From Candidatus Latescibacterota bacterium (lineage in GTDB: Bacteria; Latescibacterota; UBA2968; UBA8231), in contig OZ242005.1 in the NCBI GenBank assembly GCA_965204725.1, forward strand, positions 3,296,001 to 3,360,000: DNA of 64,000 nt, written 5' to 3'. This document shows positions 27,892 to 37,175 of the stretch, piece by piece. The notes below the pieces were generated by a model. It was not told the DNA's origin. It saw nothing but the letters and a program-made list of their open reading frames with translations, and ran no database searches. The translations under genes and the position numbers were made by a program. The stretch's first letter is position 1, and each line of letters begins with the position of its first letter.

Positions 27892-28676
27892 GGCACTGCG
27901 GTCAGTTGAGGGGGTGATGGCTCGATCCAGATCTCGTCGAAGGGACGCGCCTGCTGGACGCGGACGCGCTGCGACTTGAGCAGCTCTAGGACGCCGACAA
28001 AGGTGGCGATTAGGGCGCGACGGTCGCGGCCTTGGAGCAGGTCCATGAAGCTGATGCGCGCACACTGCTCGAGGACTGCCAACAGATAGTCGATGCACTC
28101 GGCGACCGAGATCTCTTCTTCGGCGATCTGGTGTACTAGGTTTGCGGGTACTGTGTCGAGCACGTGCTTGTACACGACCAATAGGTCGAACAGCGATACG
28201 GGCTGCAACGGGGCCGCCTCTTCAACGCGATCCCCTAGTCCTTGGCGGCGCAGGTACACGTCGCGCCGCTCGTTTTTGCGCACGCCCAGCCAGTCGGCGA
28301 TGTCCTTAAACTGCTGGTACTCCAACAGGCGGCGAACCAACTCGGCCTTGAGATCTTCCTCGCCCTCGGGCTCGCCATCGAGCCCGAGCTCCTCGCGGGG
28401 CAGCATCATCTGCGACTTGATCCGCAGCAGGGTGGCCGCCATGAGGAGGAAGTCGCTGGCCTGTTCGATGTCGAGTTGGTGGATGTGTTGCAAGAAGCCC
28501 AAGTACTGGGCGGTGATGTGGGCGATGGGGATGTCGTAGATGTCTAGCTCGTCTTTGCGTATTAGGTAAAGCAACAGGTCCATCGGACCTTCAAAGACGT
28601 CGAGCTTGACTTCGTAGAGAGCCGATTCTTCTTGTTCGATCGCGTCGCGTTCCACGAGAGTTCCTGCCTCAGTCAA
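27888..28676 (-). CDS. scpA: Segregation/condensation protein A
   Basis: FEGPMDLLLYLI, DIPIAHITAQY, FLLMAATLLRIKS, TFVGVLEL. Confidence 0.96.
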   Translation of the reverse strand: MTEAGTLVERDAIEQEESALYEVKLDVFEGPMDLLLYLIRKDELDIYDIPIAHITAQYLGFLQHIHQLDIEQASDFLLMAATLLRIKSQMMLPREELGLDGEPEGEEDLKAELVRRLLEYQQFKDIADWLGVRKNERRDVYLRRQGLGDRVEEAAPLQPVSLFDLLVVYKHVLDTVPANLVHQIAEEEISVAECIDYLLAVLEQCARISFMDLLQGRDRRALIATFVGVLELLKSQRVRVQQARPFDEIWIEPSPPQLTAVP

Positions 28677-29184
28677 TGAAAAGATACGGTTTCCAGCGCT
28701 GATCGTCGATGCCGACGAAGTTGCGAATGAAGCTGACGTTGTTGGGGCGCTTGGGTTTGGTGCGCAGCACTAGGCCGACCTGCTCGGGCAAGAGTTCGCC
28801 TTTCTTGTTGTTGCACAGGGCGCAGGCGCAGACGAGGTTTTCCCAAGTCCCTTGGCCCCCCTTGGTGCGCGGCACGATGTGGTCAACCGTTAGCTTGCCG
28901 TCTTTGCGGCCGCAGTACTGGCACTGGTGCTTGTCGCGCTTGAGGATGTTGCGCTTGGAGAGCACGACCCGCCGGCGCGGGGCGCGGATGTAGCGCTCTA
29001 GGCGGACGACGCTGGGCACTGGATAGTCCTGGGAGACCGAATGGACCACCGCGTTCATTTTTTCGACCGCTTCGGCCTTTCCGCGCAAAACCAGTAGCAA
29101 GGCCCGGCGCACGCTGCATACGCTCAGGGGCTCGTAGTTTTGATTGAGGACGAGTACCGTTCTTTCGAGCAAAGGTCTATCCAC
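28669..29184 (-). CDS. HNH endonuclease (McrA-like)
   Basis: VLVLNQNYEPL, PSVVRL, RD...CQYCG, TVDHIVPR..GG..WENLV.AC..CNNKK. Confidence 0.93.
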   Translation of the reverse strand: MDRPLLERTVLVLNQNYEPLSVCSVRRALLLVLRGKAEAVEKMNAVVHSVSQDYPVPSVVRLERYIRAPRRRVVLSKRNILKRDKHQCQYCGRKDGKLTVDHIVPRTKGGQGTWENLVCACALCNNKKGELLPEQVGLVLRTKPKRPNNVSFIRNFVGIDDQRWKPYLFID

Positions 29185-29335
29185 GGTATAGGGCTAATTG
29201 ACGGCTGTTGCGCCCGGCTTTGTTGGGCGAGTAGCCAGCGCTGAATAAAGTTAAGCCTTTAAGCGGCTTTTGGCATGTTCCAACCTTTGGGATTGGATTT
29301 TATAAAGAGCGCACTTCCAATGAACAAAGGCAAGG

Positions 29336-29728
29336 TCAGTGGTTGGCGATCCGATCGGCGTAGTCTGGGGCGCTGAGCAAATGCTCCAAGTCCGCAGAGT
29401 CGGCGATGCGAATTTTGAGCAACCAACCGCCGCGGTACGGGTCTTCGTTGATCTGTTCGGCTTCTTCCGCGAGGCGGTCGTTGATTGCTAGGACCTCGCC
29501 GGAAACCGGGGCGATTAGGTCCGCGACCGTCTTAACCGCCTCAATCGTGCCAAAGGTTTCGCCCCTTTCGACGTGGTCGCCCACTCCGGGCAACTCGGCG
29601 AATACGATGTCTCCCAATTCGGTTTGCGCGAAATCCGTGATGCCGACGGTGGCGATGTCGCCTTCTAGCAGAAGCCATTCGTGGCTTTCCGAGTAGAGCA
29701 AGTGCTCGGGAATTTGGGTCTGGCTCAT
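29336..29728 (-). CDS. gcvH: Glycine cleavage system H protein
   Basis: SHEW, GITDFAQ.ELGD, IEAVKT lipoyl lysine, NEDPY..GW. Confidence 0.97.
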   Translation of the reverse strand: MSQTQIPEHLLYSESHEWLLLEGDIATVGITDFAQTELGDIVFAELPGVGDHVERGETFGTIEAVKTVADLIAPVSGEVLAINDRLAEEAEQINEDPYRGGWLLKIRIADSADLEHLLSAPDYADRIANH

Positions 29729-29753
29729 AATCGCCTCGTATTCTCGTATTTGC

Positions 29754-31100
29754 TTAAGACAACCGCTCCGCGTTGGCCACGTAGCTGGTGTCGAACTGCC
29801 CGGCGATAAAGTCGGGGTTGGTGAGTAGGGTTTGGTGAAAGGGTAGAGTGGTGGCCACGCCTTCTATTGTACATTCGTCCAAGACTCGACGCATCCGCGC
29901 CATGGCGCCTTGGCGGTTGGGGCCGTAGGCGATGATTTTGGCCAGTAGGGAGTCGTAGTACGGGGGAATCTCGTAGCCTTGGTAGATGTGGCTGTCGATG
30001 CGGACGCCGGGGCCGCCCGGCAGGTGGAGGACCTCGATGACGCCCGAAGAGGGGATGAAGTTGTGCGCGGGATCCTCGGCGTTGATCCGGCATTCAATGG
30101 CATGTCCTGAAAGTTGGACGCCCTCTTGGCTAAACCGAAGGGATTGGCCGGCCGCGATGCGGATCTGTTCCGCGACTAAGTCGAGGCCGGTGACCATTTC
30201 GGTGACCGGGTGTTCGACTTGGATGCGGGTATTCATCTCCATGAAATAGAAGTTGTGCTCTGAATCAACGAGGAACTCGATGGTGCCCGCGCTGTAGTAG
30301 CCAACGGCCGCAGCCCCAGCGAGTGCGGACTCCCCGAGCCGCTGGCGCAAGTCGGCATCGACGACGGGCGAGGGGCTTTCTTCTAAGAGCTTCTGGTTCC
30401 GCCGCTGAATGGAACACTCGCGCTCGCCGAGGTGGACGAGGTGCCCATGCTGGTCGCCGAGGACTTGGATTTCGATGTGGCGCGCCTGTTCGATGGAGCG
30501 CTCCATGTACACGGCGTCGCTGGTAAAGGCGGTGCGTGCTTCGCGGCGCGCCATCTGATAGGCTTCCTCTAATTCATCCATGGCGCGAACGACCCGCATC
30601 CCGCGCCCGCCGCCGCCCGCCGCGGCCTTGAGACGCAGGGGGAAGCCGACCTGTTCCGCCCATTGCCGGGCGTCGTCTAGCGACCCCAGTGCGCCCTCGC
30701 TGCCTGGGACTACGGGCACTCCGGCCTGCTGCATGGTGTGGCGCGCGACGGCCTTGTCGCCCATTTTGCGAATGGCCGCGGTCGGCGGGCCGATGAACTC
30801 GATGCCACAATCGGCGCAGATAGCGGAGAAGTCGGCGTCTTCGGCCAAGGGGCCGTAGCCGGGGTGGATCGCGTCGGCGTTGGTCAGTTCGGCCGCGCTG
30901 ATGATATTGACGATGTTGCGGTAACTGTCCTTGCCAGCGGCCGGCCCGATGCAGACATCCTCGTCGGCAAAAGACACGTGCAGGGAGCGGGCGTCGGCTT
31001 GGGAGTGGACGGCCACGGTCGCGATGCCTAGCTCTTGGCAAGCCCGGATGACGCGCAGCGCGATTTCGCCGCGGTCGGCAATGAGGATTTTCTCGAACAC
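29754..31100 (-). CDS. accC: Acetyl-CoA carboxylase biotin carboxylase subunit
   Basis: RGEIALRV, GGGGRGMR, ERECSIQRR.QK, EMNTRIQVEH, YYDSLLAK. Confidence 0.97.
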   Translation of the reverse strand: MFEKILIADRGEIALRVIRACQELGIATVAVHSQADARSLHVSFADEDVCIGPAAGKDSYRNIVNIISAAELTNADAIHPGYGPLAEDADFSAICADCGIEFIGPPTAAIRKMGDKAVARHTMQQAGVPVVPGSEGALGSLDDARQWAEQVGFPLRLKAAAGGGGRGMRVVRAMDELEEAYQMARREARTAFTSDAVYMERSIEQARHIEIQVLGDQHGHLVHLGERECSIQRRNQKLLEESPSPVVDADLRQRLGESALAGAAAVGYYSAGTIEFLVDSEHNFYFMEMNTRIQVEHPVTEMVTGLDLVAEQIRIAAGQSLRFSQEGVQLSGHAIECRINAEDPAHNFIPSSGVIEVLHLPGGPGVRIDSHIYQGYEIPPYYDSLLAKIIAYGPNRQGAMARMRRVLDECTIEGVATTLPFHQTLLTNPDFIAGQFDTSYVANAERLS

Positions 31101-31106
31101 AGCCTC

Positions 31107-31577
31107 TTAGCTAGGGCGAATTTTGAGCAGCGCTTGGTTGTATTCAACGGGCTGGCTGTCGCCGACGAGGATCTCGACCACTTCGCCTTGGACATCCGCT
31201 GGAATCTCGTTCAGTATCTTCATGGCTTCGATGATGCAGAGGGTCTGACCGCTTTCGATGCGATCACCCTCTCGCACAAAGGGATCGGCCTCGGGCGAGG
31301 GGGCCCGGTAAAACGTGCCAACCATGGGCGAGAGCACCTCGTGTAGGCCATCGTCGGCCTTTTCGGCGGGTGTTGCCGGTGTGGGCGCGGGCGCGGTGGG
31401 TGCGCTGGGCGCAGTGGGCATGGGTGCCGCGGGTGCGGCGGGTGCCACCAGTGGGGGCGCGTGATTGCGGGTCAGGCGGATGCGCGTACCATGCCAAAAG
31501 CTGTGTTGGATCTCTAGCTCTTCTATGTCGCTATCGCGAAAAAGCGCTAGCAGTTTGCGGAGCTTGCCTTCGTTCAC
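31107..31577 (-). CDS. accB: Acetyl-CoA carboxylase biotin carboxyl carrier protein
   Basis: SPMVGTFY, EAMK biotin motif, Pro/Ala linker. Confidence 0.97.
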   Translation of the reverse strand: MNEGKLRKLLALFRDSDIEELEIQHSFWHGTRIRLTRNHAPPLVAPAAPAAPMPTAPSAPTAPAPTPATPAEKADDGLHEVLSPMVGTFYRAPSPEADPFVREGDRIESGQTLCIIEAMKILNEIPADVQGEVVEILVGDSQPVEYNQALLKIRPS

Positions 31578-31595
31578 AGGAGGTGTCGTCCTTTC

Positions 31596-32153
31596 TCAAA
31601 CGCGCTCTACGTATTCGCCGGTGCGGGTATCGACCTTGAGCCGGTCGCCCTTATTGATAAAGAGCGGCACTTGGACCACGTAGCCGGTCTCTAGGGTCGC
31701 TGGCTTAACCGCGCCGGTGGCGGTGTCGCCCTTGACGCCCGGCTCGGTGTGAGTGACGGCGAGGGAGACGAAGTTGGGCAGGTCAACGGCGACGACCTCT
31801 TCGCCGGCAATGAGGAGGAAGGCGTTCTCGCTTTCTTTGAGGAGGTTGCTCGCCGCGCCGACGATCTCTGCGGACACGGGGATCTGATCGTAGGTGTCCA
31901 AGTTCATGAAGTAGTACAGCCCCTGATCGGAATACAGGTATTGCATCTGGTGCTTTTCGAGCCGGACTTGCTCAACTTTGTCGCCCGAGCGGAAAGTGCG
32001 GTCGAGCACGGCACCGGTCTTGGTATTTTTGAGCTTGGTGCGCACGAAGGCACTGCCCTTGCCCGGTTTGACGTGCTGAAACTCGACGATGGAGAAGATC
32101 TCGCCGTTGAGGTACATGGTAAAACCGTTTCTAAAATCCGTGGTATCTGCCAT
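31596..32153 (-). CDS. efp: Elongation factor P
   Basis: HVKPGKG, PGVKGDTA, LETG, DTRTGEYVER. Confidence 0.98.
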   Translation of the reverse strand: MADTTDFRNGFTMYLNGEIFSIVEFQHVKPGKGSAFVRTKLKNTKTGAVLDRTFRSGDKVEQVRLEKHQMQYLYSDQGLYYFMNLDTYDQIPVSAEIVGAASNLLKESENAFLLIAGEEVVAVDLPNFVSLAVTHTEPGVKGDTATGAVKPATLETGYVVQVPLFINKGDRLKVDTRTGEYVERV

Positions 32154-32163
32154 ATCGCTCCCG

Positions 32164-32955
32164 TTAGTGTGCGTTGCTGCTTTGCTCTAGCGAAGCTAGC
32201 TTGCTGCGAATGATGGTGTTCGTCGGCTCCTGTTCGAGGAGCTCGCGGTACGTTTCGATCGCCTTCTGGGTCAGGCCCTGAGTGGTGTAGATCTCGGCCA
32301 GCGTCATGGTGGCGATGCGCTTGCTTTTCGGTGCGCTCGGCTCGCGGACAGCCGGGGTGGGTGGCTTGCTAGGGGCGGGCCTCGGCTCGGCGGCTTTGTC
32401 CTCTTCGATCTCCTGCAAGATGCGGAGCAATTCGCTGTCGTCGCTATTGCCGTACAGGTCGTCGCGGTCTTTTGGCGGCGGCGCTGGGGTATCGGGGGCC
32501 TTGGGCTCGGCGCGGGCGGTGCTCTCTTCGGGTTTGGGCGCGGGCGCGTCTTGGTCGGTTTGGCTAGCGAAGCGATCGATTTGCTCGGCTAGGGAGGCGT
32601 CGAAAGGGTCGAGGTCCGCGGCTTGGCGCAGGCTTTGCAAGACGAGGGGTGTGAGGCCGAGCTGCTCAGAGAGGTGGGCGAGGCGTTTGTACCCGCTGGG
32701 GTTTTGCGGGTCGAGCCGCAGGGCCTGCCCCATGGCCTCGTGCGCTTGTTTTAAGTCCCCCTGTTTTTCATAGCACTTGCTGAGGACAATAAAGCCGGTG
32801 GCGTAATCGGGAAAACTCTCGCAGCCCTTTTGGCAGAGCGCGAGGGCGCGCTCGATGCGCCCGCGTTTGAGGTAGAGATCGGCGAGGCGAGCGAAGTGCG
32901 GGAAGTGCGGGTCGCGCCGGAATGCCTTTTCTAATTTGGTTATGGGATCGGCCAT
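32164..32955 (-). CDS. Tetratricopeptide repeat protein
   Basis: N-terminal TPRs (FARLADLY...), acidic/Pro linker, C-terminal TMTLAEIY..QG...KAI helix pair. Confidence 0.85.
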   Translation of the reverse strand: MADPITKLEKAFRRDPHFPHFARLADLYLKRGRIERALALCQKGCESFPDYATGFIVLSKCYEKQGDLKQAHEAMGQALRLDPQNPSGYKRLAHLSEQLGLTPLVLQSLRQAADLDPFDASLAEQIDRFASQTDQDAPAPKPEESTARAEPKAPDTPAPPPKDRDDLYGNSDDSELLRILQEIEEDKAAEPRPAPSKPPTPAVREPSAPKSKRIATMTLAEIYTTQGLTQKAIETYRELLEQEPTNTIIRSKLASLEQSSNAH

Positions 32956-32999
32956 GGCGATAGGAATGGGAGGGGCTAAAGCGGCTGAAAAGAGAGGCT

Positions 33000-33028
33000 A
33001 TTTTATGGTTTGAACTGGGAAATGTCAA
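33000..33028 (-). promoter_or_regulatory. Sigma70-type promoter for TPR-efp-accBC-gcvH
   Basis: Minus strand TTGACA-N17-TAAAAT. Confidence 0.8.
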
Positions 33029-33065
33029 GGATGAGGCCGGGCGATGGACAGGGGCTAATTCGCAG

Positions 33066-33098
33066 ACAAAGGGGCGCGGAAACCGCGTCCGCACCCCC
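33066..33098 (-). terminator. Intrinsic terminator after tRNA-Lys
   Basis: Minus-strand stem ggggtgcgga/tccgcgcccc (one G-U pair) followed by tttgt. Confidence 0.7.
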
Positions 33099-33108
33099 TC
33101 GGCAAAGA

Positions 33109-33184
<76 letters not shown>

Positions 33185-33215
33185 GTAGAAAATATCTGCA
33201 CGAGTGGGCTGGCCG

Positions 33216-34028
33216 TCAATGCCGCGCCAATGCTGGGAAGAGCTCGTCGTGGACTTCGGCGCATTGGCGCAAGTGTACCATGCGCTCCGGGCTGGCGGTA
33301 TCGAGCATGGTGGGATAGAACATGCCGCCGCCGGTGACGACTTGGTAGCCGCCGGGCGAGTGCCGGCGGAGATAGTCCTTGAGGGTGGCCCGGTCTGCAT
33401 CGTTGGTGCAGGGGCGGGTGAGGTTCATGGTGAACATGCGCCGCCGCTGGTCGCCGCCAAAGGAGGCGTGATAGAGGTCGTGGTTGAAGATGACGAGGTC
33501 GCCAGGGGTCGTCTCGAGCGCGAGGTGGCCGGGAAAATCGCGTGGCTCGACGCCGAACCGTTCCATGGACCTATTGAGGTCAATGCCCTCGGCGCGGACG
33601 AAGTGGTTGGGGTGGTGGCTGCCGGGGAGTATGCGCAGACAGCCCGTGTCGCGGGTCAGCTCATCCAAATAGAAGGCGATTTTGACCGAGAAAAGCTGGC
33701 CCCAGTTGCCATCGGGGTGCCAGCCGGTGTCGCCGCTGTAGTAGTTGCCGTCGCCGCTGGCGTAGTTGAAGTGCGCGCCGAGGACGCCGTTGCAGATCCC
33801 GATGATGCGCTCGTCGTCTATGAGGGTGCAAAGCCGCTCGCGGTGCTCAATGGGGCCGCCGAACATGGTGCGCTTGGTACCGTCGTGTTGGGCACCGCGG
33901 CCGTGCGCTTGGATGGAGTGCTCAAACTCAGCGGTGATCCAAGCGATCTCGCTGGGGGCAAAAAGCCGCGGGAAGTAGAGATAACCAAAGGTCTTGAAGA
34001 AGCGAATCTGCTCGGGCGAAAGCTCCAT
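33216..34028 (-). CDS. Phytanoyl-CoA dioxygenase (PhyH) family Fe(II)/2OG oxygenase
   Basis: FFKTFGYL, WHPD, GCLRILPGSH, PGDLVIF..LYHAS..RR. Confidence 0.92.
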   Translation of the reverse strand: MELSPEQIRFFKTFGYLYFPRLFAPSEIAWITAEFEHSIQAHGRGAQHDGTKRTMFGGPIEHRERLCTLIDDERIIGICNGVLGAHFNYASGDGNYYSGDTGWHPDGNWGQLFSVKIAFYLDELTRDTGCLRILPGSHHPNHFVRAEGIDLNRSMERFGVEPRDFPGHLALETTPGDLVIFNHDLYHASFGGDQRRRMFTMNLTRPCTNDADRATLKDYLRRHSPGGYQVVTGGGMFYPTMLDTASPERMVHLRQCAEVHDELFPALARH

Positions 34029-34054
34029 GGGATAGTCTCCGGTTCTGCCGCTGG

Positions 34055-34300
34055 TCAGCGGATTTCGGTGGGGGCGATTTCCATGGCGCACAGGTACTCG
34101 CAGAGGGCGCGGCCGTCTAAAGGCAGGTCGAGCACATCGGAAAAGGGCCACATGTCCCCCTTGAGGAAGTCGATGGCCATCTGCCGTTCCTGATTGCAAT
34201 CCGCGGTCTGCACGTCTTTGACGGCTTGGATGATGACGGCCGCGGCGAGCCGCCGGTGGCCGTCAAAGCGGGCGCGATAGGTCGTCTTTTTTTTGCTCAT
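34055..34300 (-). CDS. Hypothetical protein (81 aa)
   Basis: ATG start, typical codon usage, RRLAAAVIIQAVKD..A..FL helical pattern. Confidence 0.65.
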   Translation of the reverse strand: MSKKKTTYRARFDGHRRLAAAVIIQAVKDVQTADCNQERQMAIDFLKGDMWPFSDVLDLPLDGRALCEYLCAMEIAPTEIR

Positions 34301-34355
34301 CTGCTTTCACTTCATTCGCTAGATAGTATATGACGCCCGAAGTGCCACTTAAGTT

Positions 34356-35612
34356 TCATAGGTATAGCCCAATCACGCAGCCGGTCGCCATGGTCGCGAG
34401 CGTACCGCCCACGAGCGAGCGCAGCCCCAAGCGCGCCAAGTCGCCGCGCCGCTCGGGCGCGATGCCGCCGATGCCGCCGATCATAATGGCCACGGAACCA
34501 AAGTTGGCAAAGCCGCAGAGGGCGTACGAGGCTATGATGAACGAGCGCGTGCTCAAGGCGGCGTTGCCTTCCATCTGCTGAGCCAGCGCTAGGTACGCGA
34601 CAAATTCGTTGAGAATGGTCTTTAGGCCCATGATTTCGCCGACGAGCCGCGCTTCTCCCCAAGGAATCCCCATCAACCACGTCAGGGGGTGAAAGAGGAC
34701 CCCCGCTATGGTTTGTAAGCTCCAGCCGCTTGGGGTGCTATTGAACAGAGCGTCGAGATAGCTCAGACCATAGTTGACTAAGGCGACTAGACCGAGAAAG
34801 GCGATGAGCATGGCGAGGACGTTGAGCACCAAGTGCATGCCTTCGGCCGCGCCACGGGCGGCCGCGTCGAGGCCATTGAGGGTGTCCTTGGGGGGCAGTT
34901 TTACCTTCGCTTGTGCTGTTTCTGCCGGTTCCGTTTCTGGAATCATGAGCTTGGATACGGCAATGGCGGCCGGGGCACTAATCAGCGAAGCGACGAAGAG
35001 GTGACCGGCAATATCCGGGTGGACCGCCCCGAGCATGGTCGCATAGATGGTCATCACGGTGCCGGCGATGGTGGCCATGCCGCCGATCATCAGGCACAAC
35101 AGCTCGCTTTCGGTGAGGCGGGCCACGTAGGGGCGGATCAGGAGCGGGGCTTCGGTCATGCCGAGAAAAATGTTGGCGGTCATGCCGACGCTCTCGGCCG
35201 AGCTGATGCCCATGGACCTCTGCATGAAGCGGCTGAGCCGGGCGATGATCCAAGGCAGGAGCCGGTAGTGGTAGAGCACTCTCGAAAGCGCGGCCACAAA
35301 AATGAGGATCGCCGCGATTTCAAGGGCGACGACCGGCCCGTGCTCGCGGGCAAACGACTCCGCGCTCACGCCACTAAACAGCAGCGACTCATTGGCGGTG
35401 AGCGCGGTTTTTTTGAGTAGGGTCGTCAAGTCGCTGGCGAGGCCAAACACCAGCGGACGGATGGCTGGTTGCAGCAGAATGGCAGCCAACAGGAGCTGGA
35501 GCACCGTGGCCACGCCGAGGGTTTTCCAAGAAATGGAGCGGGTGCGGCGGCCGCTGAGATAGGCAATGGCAAGGAGAACGCAGTAGCCTAAGGCACTGTG
35601 GACAATTAACAT
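34356..35612 (-). CDS. nupC: CNT-family Na+/H+:nucleoside transporter (NupC-like)
   Basis: ANIFLGMTEAPLLIRPY, GGMATIAG, LNEFVAY, YALCGFANFGS. Confidence 0.92.
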   Translation of the reverse strand: MLIVHSALGYCVLLAIAYLSGRRTRSISWKTLGVATVLQLLLAAILLQPAIRPLVFGLASDLTTLLKKTALTANESLLFSGVSAESFAREHGPVVALEIAAILIFVAALSRVLYHYRLLPWIIARLSRFMQRSMGISSAESVGMTANIFLGMTEAPLLIRPYVARLTESELLCLMIGGMATIAGTVMTIYATMLGAVHPDIAGHLFVASLISAPAAIAVSKLMIPETEPAETAQAKVKLPPKDTLNGLDAAARGAAEGMHLVLNVLAMLIAFLGLVALVNYGLSYLDALFNSTPSGWSLQTIAGVLFHPLTWLMGIPWGEARLVGEIMGLKTILNEFVAYLALAQQMEGNAALSTRSFIIASYALCGFANFGSVAIMIGGIGGIAPERRGDLARLGLRSLVGGTLATMATGCVIGLYL

Positions 35613-35821
35613 AACATCCTAAAAAATAAAGGGTAAAACCGAGAAAAGTCAATCGCAGCGCACCCGGTGCCACGCCTTTAGCTGAGGGCGTTAAGGGCGC
35701 GTTGGACGACCGAGTGCAGGGGGCCGTTGGTCGAGGTGCGCCCGGCGCTGGAGGGCTGCTATGGTGGGGCCGGGATCGGGTGCGGACTCTGCGTAGCCGC
35801 CGCCCAAACGGGCCGCATTGG

Positions 35822-36556
35822 TCACGGCGAGGGGGCGCCGCGGTCTTGGGGCTCCCAGCCGACGAGGTCTTTGGCGTTGGCGAGGTCCCACTTTTTGTCC
35901 GCGCCGAGTGAAACGCCGTAGAAAATGCCGAATTGGGGTCGAGGGGCCTCGATGCAGCAAGCGGTCAGCTCGGAGACATCGCGGGCGCTGAGCCAGCGGT
36001 TTTCGCCGGGGGGATAGGTGCTGTTGACTTCTTCGGTGTCGGGATAGTTGGCGATGCGGAGGCAATACGTGGCGATGCCGTATTGGTCGTAGTAGAAGCG
36101 GCCGAGGGCTTCGCCGAAGGCCTTGCTGACGCCGTACATGCTGTCGGGGCGAATCGGCATGTCCGGGGTGGTGTAGATACCTTCTTGCTCGTAGAAGCCC
36201 GTTACGTGGTTGGTGCTGGCAAAGACGACGACCGGGACCTTGTTGATGCGGGCGGCCTCAAAGAGGTTGTAGGTCCCTTGGATGTTGGTCTCCATGATCA
36301 TCTGGTTGTAGCGCGTACGCGGATAGCCCCGCTGGGTAATGGCGATGCCGAGGTGGACGATGGTGTCAATGCCTTCGCAAGCCTCGACCATGTTCTCGAA
36401 GTTGGCGAGGTCGGAGACCACGATCTCGTCGTTTGGTTCGACTGGGGGAATGTTACGGTGGAAGAGCAGGCGAAAGTCGTAGCGGTCTTTGAGGTGGCGG
36501 CGCAGGCCGGACCCAACTTTGCCGGCGGCGCCGGTGATGAAAAGTTTCTTTTTCAT
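35822..36556 (-). CDS. NAD(P)-dependent epimerase/dehydratase (uronate dehydrogenase-like)
   Basis: TGAAGKVG, NIQGTYNLFEAA, FASTNH, YGVSKAFGE, WLSARD. Confidence 0.9.
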   Translation of the reverse strand: MKKKLFITGAAGKVGSGLRRHLKDRYDFRLLFHRNIPPVEPNDEIVVSDLANFENMVEACEGIDTIVHLGIAITQRGYPRTRYNQMIMETNIQGTYNLFEAARINKVPVVVFASTNHVTGFYEQEGIYTTPDMPIRPDSMYGVSKAFGEALGRFYYDQYGIATYCLRIANYPDTEEVNSTYPPGENRWLSARDVSELTACCIEAPRPQFGIFYGVSLGADKKWDLANAKDLVGWEPQDRGAPSP

Positions 36557-36667
36557 GGCTCTTTCCTATGTTTTGCTTCGTCTGCTGAGGCGCGGTTTAT
36601 ACTATTCGTTTGGGTCACGGGGCGCAAGTCATTAGGCGGCCGGGTCGTCCCATCTCCCACCCGGCTT

Positions 36668-37174
36668 CTACGGTTCCATGCGGTTAAGACGCGATGAGAA
36701 CCGTGCGAGGATTTTCTCGGAGATGTGATGAGGGTTGTTGGCGTGGATGCGCCGTGCCGTTTCAAGAGCGCGGGAAGGGGAGAGAGCCTCTGCCGAAACC
36801 AGATCGAGCATGAGCTCGAGTCCCCACTTTGTCCTCACACTGTGCTCGCCGCAGACCCGACGAAGCAGTCTGTCGTTGGTCGCGCAGATCCAGTCGTTCT
36901 CCCGGCACACTTGAAGCGAAAGACGATCATAACGTGAGAGTCTTGGTGGAAGCGTCGCGAGTTGGAGAAGAACTTGAGGTTCAACTTCGATTACGGTCAG
37001 CCCGAGTTCCCTACAGCGCACGAGACTCAGGTCGTCCACTTCGTCGACAACCTCTCGGACGACGTGAATCGGCGTCAGGTGCTGAACGATGAGGGCGAGA
37101 ATCGATAGATCCGAATCTCGGTAGTCGATCAGTACGTCCGCGTCCAACAGAAGGACCGTCGGGCGATTGGGCAT
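36668..37174 (-). CDS. PIN-domain protein (putative RNase toxin)
   Basis: LLLDADVLIDY, V.DEV, LS..D, ATNDRLLR acidic quartet. Confidence 0.85.
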   Translation of the reverse strand: MPNRPTVLLLDADVLIDYRDSDLSILALIVQHLTPIHVVREVVDEVDDLSLVRCRELGLTVIEVEPQVLLQLATLPPRLSRYDRLSLQVCRENDWICATNDRLLRRVCGEHSVRTKWGLELMLDLVSAEALSPSRALETARRIHANNPHHISEKILARFSSRLNRMEP

Positions 37175-37175
37175 C

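Noticed and set aside
28669-29184. HNH gene as a homing or defence insertion
   Set aside because: Common McrA-like housekeeping-associated family, backbone GC, coupled to scpA.
29190-29335. Hairpins between gcvH and HNH as a riboswitch or ncRNA
   Set aside because: Two imperfect stems only; no recognisable Rfam consensus.
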